From Girardia tigrina (taxonomy: Eukaryota): a DNA stretch of 64,000 nucleotides. Of the stretch, positions 1-12,673 are shown one piece after another (position 1 is the stretch's first letter; each line of letters starts with the position of its first letter). The position numbers and the translations under genes are program-made. The notes under the pieces are model-generated. The model was not told the origin of the DNA and searched no databases. It saw nothing but the letters and a program-made list of their open reading frames with translations. The DNA lies in the NCBI GenBank assembly GCA_001938485.1, contig MQRK01237686.1:1-64000 (forward strand). Reading direction: 5' to 3'.

Positions 1-1135
1 TTGACTTTGAGTGTGGAAGATCTCGGAGCGGAGTGTGTCATAAATGCTGCCAAGACGTCGGTGTCGAGTGAACTAGTTGAGATGGACGGAGTTAATGAAT
101 CCGACAGCATATTGTGGTGTATCGGCTCAGGGTTGCTGAACCAGTTGGAGGTGAAAATTTTAAATGTATCCCCCCGACCAGATGATCACCCCCCGTCGCC
201 GGCCCGCGGCGGCCACCTCACTGCACCCACTCTTGCACCATCAGTAAGTGTGTGTTCTGTTTGTGACTGTACGTCTTTATTCGCTGGCTTCTTACAAAGA
301 TCAAACTGATTTTTTGATTGTAAAAAATTTTCTTCTGATTTTTTATATTTGATTGAAGAGAGTGGTTTTTTTGTATAAGATTCGCGGTCTGTGGATTTTG
401 ATAAAATACTATCTATGTGTAAATATTTATGATTATTATTGTAGTTTTTTATGTTTTCTAATATTTGATATGGTTTTGTAAAATTTCGGTTGTATTCTTT
501 TGTATTTGTTACAATTGTTTCTGTAAACATAGTTGTTTGCATTTTTCTTTAGTTTTGAATTGTAAAATGTTCGTATTCTAGGTTGGTTTCTCATCAATTC
601 TTTTCGTGATTTGAATGAGCACGGATTTACGCAATTGAATGCCTTTTCTTTGAACTTCTTTATGATACCAGCATAAATTAGTCTCTCTCTCAATTGGTTT
701 GTTTGGATTGTGATATTTGTGATTTTCAAGTGACTCGATGAAATACTTTGATTTAATTTCATAATTTTCTTTTCTTAGTTCTGTAATTTCTAATTTAAGT
801 ATTTTGTTTTCCCTCTCCATGTTATCTAATTTGGTAATTATTTGCTTAAGTAAATGCACATTTGAATTTTTTATTATGTTGCTGCCGTCTGGTTTGTTAT
901 GTTGTGTTTTTTTCTCGTGTTTGTACTGTGGTATGTGTGTATTGTTGAAATTGATAGTTAGATTATTTATATGGTTTGAATAATTGTTTGGTTGTGATTG
1001 GATTGTAAAATTAAGTTCTTTGTATGAATGAGAGTTTATTTTGTGTGGAGGCATTAAGGTATTTTTGTGAAAGTGAATATAATGCAAGGTCGTAAATGTT
1101 GCCTAGTGGGGCGCTGTTGTGAAGTGGCGTGGGCA
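1..1135 (-). mobile_element. Degenerate, internally deleted Ty3/gypsy LTR retrotransposon (gag C-terminus, integrase tail, PPT, start of 3' LTR)
   Basis: ORFs 578-1087 and 436-762 join across a frameshift to give LCWYHKKFKEKAFNCVNPCSF (gypsy gag CWYH...C..PC motif). ORF 186-542 ends RVGAVRWPPR, like the gypsy integrase tail, followed by G-runs (PPT-like) at about 170-195. Confidence 0.6.
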
Positions 1136-1386
1136 TAATTTCAGTTTTCTTCTCTTAATGGTCTAATTTAATTTTGTATAATAATTCATTTGCTTAGATA
1201 ATGACAAATGTTTTGATAGCTTGAATTATATTTGTTAATTTATGAAATGCTAACGTTTAGTAACAGTCTTTATTATATTTTAAAATTTATATTAAAATAT
1301 AAAAAAAATTTATCGATCAGTAATTTACACTTTGATGGTTGTAACGTCTACATCCGAATTAAAATATATATAATATAATTCCAATG

Positions 1387-1389
<3 letters not shown>

Positions 1390-1442
<53 letters not shown>
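1390..1442. repeat. (TA)n microsatellite
   Basis: Direct reading. Similar tracts at 13199-13236, 41270-41385, 41623-41662, 57226-57257. Confidence 0.95.
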
Positions 1443-1692
1443 GTAGATACAAAAAAAGAAATTAAATTAATGGGTAAATTTAAAAAAGAAAATTATGACT
1501 TAAAATTACTTTTGTATATATGTAAGAAAAGTTTTTATGAAAAATGTGAAGAAAAAAAGGTTTAAATGATGAACAGAAATGTGATTTGTTTTAATGTTTC
1601 AGTTAAAGAATTAAAAATTTTGATATCAAATAAAAGAAATAGAGATATTGATTTTTTAATCATAAATAATTATTATCAAAGAATTACATAAT

Positions 1693-2260
1693 ATGTTAAA
1701 CGATATATTGTCGGAATTAGAGGTTCTAGTGGAAATTTATACGAATCTGGTTGTCGACAGAGACGGACTGCCGAATGAACTCGTAGTTCATTTAGATGCT
1801 GAAATTAATCTCGATCAATTCAACACAGTCATAATCAGAAAAGATGAGAATCGCTCATTCCAAATTCATCATTTTCCTCCAATCACTACTCGGTTCACGT
1901 TCTCGTCACAAGAGGACCATATCACACCTCAAAGAATCGTGGAGGTTTCGTGCAACTGGTTACCGAGCAATCACCAACAGACTCTCGTTGATAAAATCCA
2001 ATCGATCTTATGGAATTGCTCAATCGATGAAGGAATGCTGTGGAATTGTTTTCAATTTATCGAGAATGAGTGTCTGTCGATTGTGTTGGGATCACGGGAG
2101 GCGACTGGTGCTGCGGGCGGCGATCTGACGATCGATATTGATGAATTAATTCAGAAGGATGAGGAGGAACGCAAAGAAAAAAAGAGACAATGATGATTTA
2201 TTTGAGATATTGAAGGATTACGACAAAAGAAAAGAAGATCCGATGAAGACGTCTTTCGAA
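1693..2260 (+). pseudogene. RNF14: RNF14-like E3 ligase N-terminal RWD domain fragment, frameshifted and truncated before the RING domains
   Basis: ELEVLVEIY...HHFPPI...SCNWL...LWNCFQFIENE resembles the RNF14 RWD domain. It continues after a frameshift in an A-run as DDLFEILKDYD. No Cys-rich RBR region follows. Confidence 0.6.
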
Positions 2261-2475
2261 TCCAACAACAAACCGTTGTCTCGTTTCACGACCCAATATT
2301 TTGATTTACATGATTCAAATAATTACGCCAGAAATACGGTCCTCTTACGGACCACAATTGATGATTGGTAGATTGAATTTTGGGGCGCGTTCCTATGGGC
2401 CCGAACGTTGCTCAACAAAAGTAATTTTAAAGTAAATAATTTTCCATAATAATTTTCGGACATAGTTACATGATA

Positions 2476-3789
2476 TATTCGTTCATACCAGAAAGAATGA
2501 GACTTTTGAAATGTCAATATCAATTTTAACGAGCAATGTAAAAAACAACCCTGTGTAATTCATAATTACCATTCTTCTTTATAACATTAGAGAGGCATTG
2601 TATCAGTTTTCCCATCTCACATGAATATCGATCAGCAGAAATATTTTTCAGTTCTGATGTAATGAATTGATGTAACTCATCTGCAGATTGAAAATTGGTT
2701 TTATGTCGCTGATCTTCCAAGAAAGGGTGAATAAAGCGATCCAAGATGCTATAATCAGGGGAATATGGGGATTGACGGAGCAAGGTAGCATTCTTGTTTG
2801 CGAGAAACATGGACGTCACTTTGGAAACATGAGGCCTCTCGTTGTCTCGCACGAAAATCATGTTTCTCCAGTTGAGTGGAAACACATGTCGACTAAACTT
2901 CTCCATATTAACAAGAAAAGTGATATAAGGCTCGCTATTCATGCTTTCTCTCTCCTGCAGCAGTTCGCAATGATATTTTCCAGTGAAGGACACTGCGATG
3001 ACATATATTATTTTTCTGTCAAACTGGCTACGCTTCACGACATGAATGGGTTCACTGTGATCACCATCAGGGGAGACCCAGCAACGGTTGCTTCTTTTCT
3101 TACAAACAGTTCTCATGTAAAACCACTTCTCTTCCACCACCAAAATATGTTCATGTTGGTGTTTGCTTTTCAAAATTTTCAACAATTCCTTTGCAGCAGT
3201 GACACGATTAACCTTTTGATCATTTGACAATGCATGAGGAACCCACTTACAGGCAACAGACCGAAAGCCCAAATGGTCACTCACAATACGCTGAATGATT
3301 CCATGACTGAGGGATGTGTTATTTTCAATTTCATCAATGGTCACTGCACCATTGACGTTAATAATTCAAGAGACCAACATAATGTTTTCAGGGGTTGTTT
3401 TTGTTGATTTTCTCCCGCAGTTTTCCCAGCAAAAGAAGTCTTGCCATTGTCAAATTCAGTTATACACCGATACACTGTAGATTCTCCAACACTGTCAGCA
3501 CCATGAACAGAGATAATTTCCTGATAAATTTCACTTCCCGATATGTCGAGTGAATAACGGGAGAAGTTATAGAAACGAAGATTTTTCCATTTTCCGCCAT
3601 TATACAGACAAATAAATCAACCAATATTCAAACAAGTATTCAATAAATATTTTCTGTCAATATTTTTTTAACTATTACATATTTTTACTCTTTATATGTT
3701 ACTATATACTGCGCAAGTAATTTCCGCCTTTACAGATCACAAACATAGAAATATAGCATCATTGTCACTCTTTCTGGTACAAGCCAATA
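2476..3789 (-). mobile_element. Mariner DNA transposon, full length but decayed
   Basis: ORF 2526-3344 has WVPHAL, VEEKW, DNERPH and SPYSPD. Imperfect ~29-bp TIRs (tattcgttcataccagaaagaatgag vs reverse complement tattggcttgtaccagaaagagtgac). About 1.3 kb; 5' part frameshifted. Confidence 0.9.
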
Positions 3790-4747
3790 TCTAGTTTCAT
3801 TTGAGGAAATTGGAGCAAAGTAAGTTTTTGTGGACAAATGTTTAATGAACAAGTTAATGAACAAGTTTTTATGGCGATCTAAAAGAACACGTTAAGAATT
3901 ACCTGAAAATACATCTGCTTAGAAATACACAATGTAACAATATATGTGCTGAGAGATCAATCAAAGTATTAAAGTATTTGTATCCATTGTGTAAAAGCAT
4001 CGAGAGATTGTATTTGCTTTTTCTTTTGAGTAACAAGTAACTGACATTTATCGTAAACCAGTGACATTGGTATTCAGTATCCTGTATGATTTCAACATTT
4101 GGTTGTCACAATATAGAAGAAATAAAATAATTGAAGTCTTTTTGTTTTGTAATAAAAATATCATATGTAGATCGAGATAAGTGATGGCTGAAACTTCATT
4201 CTTATATGGGAATTTAAAATTTTAGAAAAAAAATTCAAGTCTTAACCCTACTGTATATCCATAGAGATTCTCACAAGATTCTTGTAAAATTTTGACACTA
4301 ACGGAAAATAATCTGAATAGCTTTTTGGAATTTTTTCGGAGTTTTTAAACTGCATTTCAATTACATCGTTTTAATAGAAGTTTTACCCTTTTGAGGATGA
4401 TCAAAATTTTCTATAACTAGTAATGTATAGGTTCTGAAAGGATAGAACGAACTCAGAACACAATTATTTCATCTTAAATTAGTTTTAATAAAGATGTAAC
4501 TTTGATCTTCGTAGATTCCCTAATTTAATATTTGGAAAACGAATAATATTGTATTTGACTGCCTAACCAAATGTATCAATGAAGAATATTTCTAACTTTG
4601 AAGGATAAAACTAACTTATATCACTAATAATGTATCTTTTTAACCTTCCGTAATTGAGAGATTGCTTCCTTTTTATTAATCAAGTCTGTTTTAATTCATT
4701 ATTTTTTATATAATTTTATTCATACATATTATATATCAGGATCTTAC

Positions 4748-5329
4748 TGCATTCATTCCCACTGAAACCACACTGGGGAATATCCAAAGGAGGTTTATTT
4801 GCAGCATTTACCCAATCGATTTCAACGTGTTTAATCGGTGTAAATATTTTATCTTTTCCGTAAAAGTTGGCGACGACATGAAAAACGCCTGTGACGGGAT
4901 CCATGTCCAGCAAAGAATAATCAGCATTTCTGTCACCATTTGAATCTATTCGAACATTTCCCGAGATTCCTAAGTAACAAACCAAGTTTTAAAAAAGAAG
5001 TCCTGGAAAATCCTTTACCGTTTATTGATTTATTTTTCATGTGGTCAGTTATACTGACCCCGTCATAGACTGTAATATTTTTCTCCAAGCATTCGTCAAG
5101 CGCATGGGCGTATAGCAAAACAGCGTCATGGAAAGCTACCACAAATCGCGATATGTGTTGATCTTTAATGGACTTAGATTTGTTTTGCAATTCCTCAGAA
5201 AATGTTTTAAACTGATCTTTTTCAGGCAATGCAAGGGAAACAATGAGCAGTGATCTGTAGGCTTGTTTAACCTTTTCGTTTTCGGTGTCATTTTCTTTCG
5301 GAGAATACCAAGGCCTTTGACTCTGAGAA
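4748..5329 (-). pseudogene. Two exons (5329-5019, 4969-4748) of a natriuretic-peptide-receptor-type receptor guanylate cyclase ectodomain
   Basis: RPW..., AFHDAVLLYAHAL, NG|ISGNVRIDSNGDRNADYSLLDMDP, PPLDIPQCGF. 49-bp GT-AG phase-1 intron at 5018-4970 and a GTAAG donor at 4747. No transmembrane, kinase-like or cyclase exons recognised in the window. Confidence 0.8.
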
Positions 5330-5604
5330 CTAAATGTAAATACATTCCAATAATAATGTTTTAATATTAGGTACAATTGAAATTTAATACTTAGGATTAT
5401 GTATACATCATCCATCAAATCGGTATATGATACATTACACCAAGGATAATAGTTACAGTTTAAAATAGTTGCAGATTATAATCTCTTTCTAATAGCGATT
5501 ACGGTACTGAAGCAAAGGGTAACCGAAATAGAGAATCAATGAGAAACATACTCCAAAGCTCTTTGATTATTAAATTATTTTAAAAAATAATTACTATAAT
5601 AATA

Positions 5605-6843
5605 TTAGGTTGGTCGAAAAATAATGGCGATTTTGGGACACAAATTTCAAAGACGTGCAAATTCACAGAAACAAAAGTTTATTAATCAAAGTATGAACCG
5701 TTGGCATCAATACATTTTTGCCAACGAGAAGAAAAACATATTCCATCAGCTTAAAATGCATCGGTTCTCGAAGCGACGAATTCTTGGAAGGCATTTTGAG
5801 CATCATTTTGGTTTTTGAAAATTTTTTCACATAGGAAGTTGTACAAATGCCTGAAAATGTAGAAGTCCGTTGGCGAGAGGTCTGGTGAATATGGTGGATG
5901 AAGCCGGGTTTCATAGCCCAACTCATTGTCACTTTTGAAATATGAGGTCTAGCGTTATCATGAAGAAGGATGGGACTTTTTCGATTGACCAATCCCGGAC
6001 AAAGGGTTTTCAATTTTTTATGCATTTCATCAATTTCATGACAGTACCTCTTCGCTGTGATTGTTTCACTTGGATTCAAGAAACTATAGTGGATGATTCC
6101 AGCATCACACCACCAAACTGTCACCATAACCTTACGGGGTGTTAGTTTCGGTTTTGGAAAGTGTTTCAGTACTTTCTCTTTGTCCAACCACTGTGCAGAT
6201 CGACGTCGGTTAGCATACAGGATCCATTTCTCATCACAGGTAACAATACGATCAAGAAATGGATCGTTTTTATTGCGAAGATGATTGACAGAACAAATTT
6301 CATAGCGTCGGTTCTTTTGATTTTCATTCAAATCATGTGGAACCCATTTATCAAGTTTCTTGATTTTTCCAAGTTGTTTTAAATGATCCAGGACTGTTGA
6401 ATGACTAATGCAAAACCCATCTGCAAGTTCTCTGATTGTTGTACGGAGATCTGTTTCCACCATTGTCATCAAATTGTCGTTGTTCACAGCAACTGGACGA
6501 CCACGACCTTCTTCATCTTCAAGGTTTTCATCTCCATCAGAAAATTTTCGCAACCATCGTTGCACTGTGCGCTCAGAGGCTGTTCCTTTGCCAAACGTTT
6601 TACGACCCAGTTTAAATTCGTACAAGAAAATTGCTCGAATTTTAATTTTTTCCATTATTAATTTAGCACCGTAAATATTCTAAAAAATAACAGCAATGTG
6701 TTAATAATGGCTATAGGAATATACAGNTAGGCATAAGATTTCAAATAATATCTAACACTAATGCATTTAAACTTATATACATATCAAAGTAGATAAACAA
6801 AGTATAAAGCTCAAAAACCGCCATTATTTTTCGACCAACCTAA
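5605..6843 (-). mobile_element. Mariner transposon (Hsmar1/cecropia-like), young but defective
   Basis: Near-perfect TIRs ttaggttggtcgaaaaataatggcg with TA flanks. ORF 5663-6655 has WVPHDL, TCDEKW and HDNARPH, then a frameshift; HPPYSPDLSPTDF lies in another frame. Short deletion in the first HTH. Confidence 0.95.
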
Positions 6844-7266
6844 TATAAAAAACACAAAAATAATTTTAATGTTAATTATTTTTTACAAAATCGGATAAAA
6901 GTCATTTCTGACACTCATTATTTGAAGCATTTTCATGGTTCTTGTTGCATAGATTTTTAGGATCATCTTGAACAAATATCCCACTAAATTGTTTCCTTTT
7001 GCAGGATATCAGAAAAAATGTTTATTATTTGTTGTTTTTAAATTTATATTTTTTATTCCACTGAATGAGATAATTGAGTTGAATACTTGAATACATTTGC
7101 TTTTGGTTAAATAGAAGTAAAGAAGCTGTTAAAGGAAGTTATTACAAGACAGGATTGAACCAGCTGTCGATGGCGAGCGACCAGAGGATTTCGAGTTGTT
7201 TATTTAAAATTTTAAAATATGGAATTTTAAAATTTTAAATATGGAATAAACAAAAATAAATTTACC

Positions 7267-8112
7267 GTGAGTAAAAAGTTATGGTATACGCAACGGAAAC
7301 AAGTTTGTAGACGTTCGGACAGTATCACAAATGCAGAATTTGTAAGCCGAGTCCAATCTGTCATCGATGAGAACCCTGGGAAGTCGATGAGGTCACTGGG
7401 CAGGGAANNNNNNNNNNNNNNNNNNNNNNNNNNNNNNNNNNNNNNNNNNNNNNNNNNNNNNNNNNNNNNNNNNNNNNNNNNNNNNNNNNNNNNNNNNNNN
7501 NNNNNNNNNNNNNNNNNNNNNNNNNNNNNNNNNNNNNNNNNNNNNNNNNNNNNNNNNNNNNNNNNNNNNNNNNNNNNNNNNNNNNNNNNNNNNNNNNNNN
7601 NNNNNNNNNNNNNNNNNNNNNNNNNNNNNNNNNNNNNNNNNNNNNNNNNNNNNNNNNNNNNNNNNNNNNNNNNNNNNNNNNNNNNNNNNNNNNNNNNNNN
7701 NNNNNNNNNNNNNNNNNNNNNNNNNNNNNNNNNNNNNNNNNNNNNNNNNNNNNNNNNNNNNNNNNNNNNNNNNNNNNNNNNNNNNNNNNNNNNNNNNNNN
7801 NNNNNNNNNNNNNNNNNNNNNNNNNNNNNNNNNNNNNNNNNNNNNNNNNNNNNNNNNNNNNNNNNNNNNNNNNNNNNNNNNNNNNNNNNNNNNNNNNNNN
7901 NNNNNNNNNNNNNNNNNNNNNNNNNNNNNNNNNNNNNNNNNNNNNNNNNNNNNNNNNNNNNNNNNNNNNNNNNNNNNNNNNNNNNNNNNNNNNNNNNNNN
8001 TACGTGTTAATATATGTAAAATTTTAAATTGTAATAAATGTTATTTTTCTGTTGTATATTCATTTTTTGAACTTTATGTCATTTTGTTCTCAAATAGCTG
8101 CCGCACCCTGTA
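7267..8112 (+). mobile_element. Tc1/mariner (maT/DD37D-like) transposon, mostly hidden in an N gap
   Basis: RSDSITNAEFVSRVQSVIDENPGKSMRSL is typical of these N-termini. TIR-like end gccgcaccctgta at about 8100-8112. Confidence 0.6.
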
Positions 8113-8398
8113 AATGAAATGTAAATAAACGTTTACATATATAAAAGATGGTTATAAATACCCTATAATAGTGACTTAAAAAACAATTAAATGTTTTGAT
8201 AATTATCTAATTCTTTGCTTAAACACTTTATTTGTTTTTATTATTAAACATTTTTTTTATTTTTTTTAAAGTGCTGTGTTTTTTAAAATTATTTATTTTG
8301 TATTAATTTGTATCGACCTAGAATAAAGCATAATTGTGAAAGTGTTATCTATGATTTTTGATTGATGATTTTTTACTAATATTAACCCTAATATGAAT

Positions 8399-8782
8399 TG
8401 TTAGAATCTGTGGCAACACCACTCGGAGAAGAACAAATATCCATCACTAAATTATATTTATTAATCACACTTAATTATTGGATATTGAAAAATATTTGGA
8501 ATAATTGATTGATTGCGTTGATCTTCTAATAATTCCAATTTCCACTCTGATTTTCAATTCCCGGAAAAATTCTGCCAATTATTAAAACAAATTGTTTTTT
8601 ATTTAATTTACATTTAACGTTTATTCTATTTATTTAATTATTTCTTCGTAATGAGGAACTAAATTACGAAAGTTTTATTTTTTGTTAAACCGGTATTTTA
8701 TAAAATTATATTTAATTAACTAATTTAACTTAATTTCGATTGTCTATTTCAAAAATTTTCCGTTTACTATTAATTCCTAACA
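8399..8782 (-). mobile_element. Solo-LTR-like element (subfamily B)
   Basis: Ends tgttagaat...attcctaaca. Flanks tgaat/taaat (4/5 TSD). Minus-strand ATG at 8444 opens MDICSSPSGVATDSN to the terminus. Confidence 0.75.
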
Positions 8783-9123
8783 TAAATAATGTTCCTCGAA
8801 GCATGGATAAGACTACTCTTAAATGTTCTCTTAGATATATCATTTTTGAAGGAATTTTGGTTGAAACTTTATTTTTTATTTATTTTCACTATATATTTTT
8901 GTTTTAAAATTTGGTTAAAATTTAAAATAAAATTACTTGTTGAAAATATCAAAACTGATAAAGGCGAATTCTCCTTTATGAAAACCCAACTGGAACACTG
9001 TTTTCATAATCTCTCGAATTACATACGGCTTTGCGCAAAGAATAATAACTAAAAGATTAAAATTAAAAATGAAAAAAGCGACATTTTATTAATTTAAATT
9101 TTAAATTAATTAATGGAAAACTT

Positions 9124-9380
9124 AATAATAAAAGAGAATTATTCCGTTTTCAATTTTTATTTATTGATAAACCATTTCGTCTTTATGGCATCATCAGTTT
9201 TGAATTAAAATCAACTGCTAAGTGATTCATCCAATCATATTAAAGTATTTTAACGTCAGACATTCGACTCACAATGAAGACAATATCAGTGGATTAGAAT
9301 TCAGAACCGAAAACGTCTTAATGCGAATAATGTTTTTAACAAATAAAAAAATTAAATGGCGTTATTCTCTTTTTTTGTTA
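9124..9380. mobile_element. Inverted pair of Penelope-like pseudo-LTR fragments with decayed hammerhead cores
   Basis: ~45-bp imperfect inverted arms. Minus strand ctgatgatgcc..gacgaaa at about 9170-9198; plus strand atgaaga...cgaaaacgtc. Confidence 0.45.
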
Positions 9381-10250
9381 AATTAATTCTCAGATTTAGT
9401 AACTCATTCAATATGTAAGATAATTATAAAGAGACAATTAAAAATTGATTGAAACAATAAATTAATATCGAAACAAAAGGTCATAGAAAAAATAGGACTA
9501 TTTATTATTATAAAATTATAATTCATTCTCAAAATATATAATCTAAATATTATGGGTCTGCGGTTATTAACGGAAACCGGTTGTCAAAACTGCCTAGAGG
9601 TTTCCTATAAAAAAACATTAATAAAAGCAAATCGACCAAGAGAAACCAGAAAAACTTATTGGAATTATGCATTAAATTCCCATTATATTTATTATGATTG
9701 AATGAGTTTTTTTATTTTGTTTAAATCTGATAAGGAAACTTTATTGTACTTTTGTTCGAAATATAGGAGAAAAGTTAATGAAAATGGATAAAAGTTACAT
9801 TCAAATTAGCAATAAACAAACTAGAAAAAATATACAGACAAAACTAATTTTCAATCTTTTCTTGTTTAATTAATTAATTTATTTTATTTCTTTTATTCGT
9901 TATATAATTTAAAGAACATTATAAAAATCAGTTAGAAAAAAATAGAAAAAATGGCATGGTTTAAGGGAAATATTAAATCACACGCAATAAACTGTCTGTC
10001 AGAAAACGAACGAAAGTTGTTTCTGGAGAACGTTGCGTGACGAAAACGGAAATTAAAGTAATTTTTTTACTAATTTCTGATACGGTTTTATATAAATAAC
10101 GGAGAAGGTAAAAATAGTTTTCGCCAATCTTCTTTTAAAAATAATTTAATTTAAATTTTGAAAAATTTTTAAAAGTTAAAAACATTGATGAAAAGAACCG
10201 AATAAATATACAAGTAAAAGGATTTCAGTAAAATTAACTAATTTTAATAA

Positions 10251-11762
10251 TATTGTGTGGACGACTCAATTCTTACCGATTTTAGTTATAGATGTCTTTC
10301 AATCCTATTTTTATGATATCTGTAAATGTTAATGAAAAACACAATGCTTGCAGTCAAAACGTTAGGTGATGTGTATGGTAAAAAGCACTTAAAGAAAGGC
10401 AATGCCAAAATTGATTTAAAAAATTCCGTTTTGAAGATTTTCCTTTTAAAGATGACTAATATATAGGTCGACCAGATGAGCTTAGTGAAGATGAAATTAT
10501 AACCATTATCGGAGCGGATCGTCATGTTACTACACGGGAGATCGCAGAGAAGTTAATTGTTTCACAAACAACAATTGAGAGGCATTAAATACGTGTCGGT
10601 CTCATTAAGAAGCTGGATATTTGGATTCCGTATGATTTGAAATACGACAATCTGATAAATCGCATCAACAGATGCAATTCATTACTTAAACGCTATAAAT
10701 TCGATCATTATTTTAAACGAATCATCACTGGAGACGAAAAGTGGATTGCATATAGCAATATCAATCGAAAACGATTACGATGCATGCTGAATGAGTCATC
10801 GCAAACCAAAAAAGATTGTACTGCCGATTTGGTGGAATTGGAAATGTTTGCTGTATTTTGAGCAACTTCCAAGAAACTCAACCATTACTTTGGATGTCTT
10901 ATGTCGGCAACTGGAAAAATTGAATGTATTGATCAAAAGAAAACGAACAAAATTGGTCAAACGTAAAGATATCATTTACCATAAAGATAATTCTAGGCAT
11001 CACATATCTTTTATCACTCGAAAATTGATTGATGTAGGTTGGGTATTAATGTTGCACCCACCATATATGCCTTATCTCGTGCCATCAGATTATCACTAGT
11101 GAGCATCGATTCCGGCCACCTCATTTTATCCGATATTACAGATTTTCATAAATCAGTCATTAAATTAAAACTACAGTAGCATGAACTTTATTACTCAACA
11201 AAAACTGCTTTTTGAAAATTCTGAGTATTTAAAGAATTTTTTTCAGCAATCATTTGAATCTTTTTCATTTTTGACATAATGATTTTTAAAGATAAAAATA
11301 TATTATAAATACAGATATTTAATTATACGATTCATTAATGCTTCATTAATTATTTCCTATTTTTTAAATTAAAAGTGAACTTTTAACTTTTCCTTTTTAC
11401 CTTTTATTTTTACGTTTAACGTTACCTTTATTTATTCCATTAATATTGTTTTTTTTAACTTAAATTAGAGATTTTAAAATTATTAATATTGTACATATTT
11501 CAAACTACTTTTTTCAATCCCTAGACAACTCTATTTGCGGCAAAACCTTCAATGATGATGACACTATAAGATCTCACTTAACTCAGTTTTTGGTTGAAAA
11601 GGATCATACTTTCTACGAGCGTGAAATTTTCAAGTTGTCATAGAGATGGCAAAAGACCATCGTACAAAATGAAAAATACATCATAGATTAAAATTCATTC
11701 TAAATAAAAAAACTTTTTTATTTCATTGAACAATCGGCAAATACTTAGTTGCCACCCCAATA
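10251..11762 (+). mobile_element. Decayed mariner transposon interrupted by a 407-bp insertion
   Basis: RIITGDEKWI, HKDNSRHH, LHPPY..PSDYH, resuming after 11509 as FFQSLDNS. TIRs tattgtgtggacgactc vs reverse complement tattggggtggcaact. Confidence 0.9.
11098..11504 (-). mobile_element. Old solo-LTR-like insertion inside mariner
   Basis: Removing it plus one 5-bp copy (tcact/ctact) restores the mariner frame DYHFFQ. ATG at 11149 gives 17 codons +1 nt to the terminus, with one TAA. Confidence 0.6.
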
Positions 11763-11836
11763 ATATAAAAATTGTCATCAATAATTTACTTTGAAATGTT
11801 TGTAAACGTTGAAATCAAACTTTATTAGTTTATTAT

Positions 11837-12238
11837 TGTGAGGAATGTTTTGAATTGTTTGTTGATATTGTGCATGTTTTATGTTGATTCGGATTGTGCC
11901 TCTCCTACACAGATGGATGATTGATATTTTCTTTGATTCCTACTAGTTAAAAATAATTTAATTTAATTTTAAAGTAAAAATATTTAAAATAATTTTTGAA
12001 TGTTATATTTAATTTTTAATGTAATTTAAAATTTTAATATATTAATTTAATATTTACTTTTTTAAAAATTTTTAGATTTAATTTTACCAATTAGAATCTT
12101 TATAATTAATAATTTTTAATAGTTTTTCATTTAATGGAAAAATTAGTATGAATTCAGAAATATCAAGAAAAATGTCAAATAGTGAATGCGCTTGCGACAT
12201 TAATAAATGTTTAAAAACTCATATTGATGTTTTTAATA
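11837..12238 (+). mobile_element. Solo-LTR-like element (subfamily A)
   Basis: tgtgaggaat...gtttttaata, TSD ATTAT/ATTAT, conserved ctcctacacagatgg box. ATG at 12172 gives MSNSECACDINKCLKTHIDVFN to the terminus. Confidence 0.85.
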
Positions 12239-12540
12239 ATTATAAATACAAAGAGATAAAAAACAAACATAACAATTACATATATATTAAGAACACCAAT
12301 TTGACTTTTCATATTTTTATTAACTTAACAAGTTTGATTGTCCTTAAAACAATCTTTGTCAAAGCTTTCGTACGAGTACATTCTAACTATATTAATTACT
12401 TAAATAAATAGTTAAAATATTTATTCAAAATTTTATTGGTTAAAATTTAAATGATTAGTTAAAAAATATTACTTTAATTTATTTATTTAAAATTGTAAAT
12501 AAAATTAATTAACATGAAATTAATTTAATTAATTGTAAAT

Positions 12541-12673
12541 TTCAACTACGAGCTTTTTAACTGCAACAACTTTAATATACTCTATTGGAGCTAGAATTAC
12601 CACGGCTGCTGGCACCAGACTTGCCCTACAATTGATACTCGATAAAGTATTTAAAATGTTCTCATTGCAATAA
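12541..12673 (-). rRNA. 18S rRNA fragment (pseudogenic, V3-V4 boundary)
   Basis: Reverse complement reads gggcaagtctggtgccagcagccgTggtaattcTagctccaatagAgtatattaaagttgttgcagttaaaaagctcgtagttgaa. This is the universal SSU region with substitutions at normally invariant sites. Confidence 0.92.

Noticed and set aside
1229-1386. Possible extra solo LTR with AATTA flanks
   Set aside because: An all-AT 5-mer next to a (TA)n tract is expected by chance, and the termini are poor.
2688-3227. 179-aa plus-strand ORF (also 5942-6674 and 61575-62120 antisense ORFs)
   Set aside because: Antisense shadows of mariner and RTE coding sequence.
7408-8000. 247-aa ORF across Ns (also 25691-25918, 41209-41409)
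   Set aside because: Artefact of translating assembly gaps.
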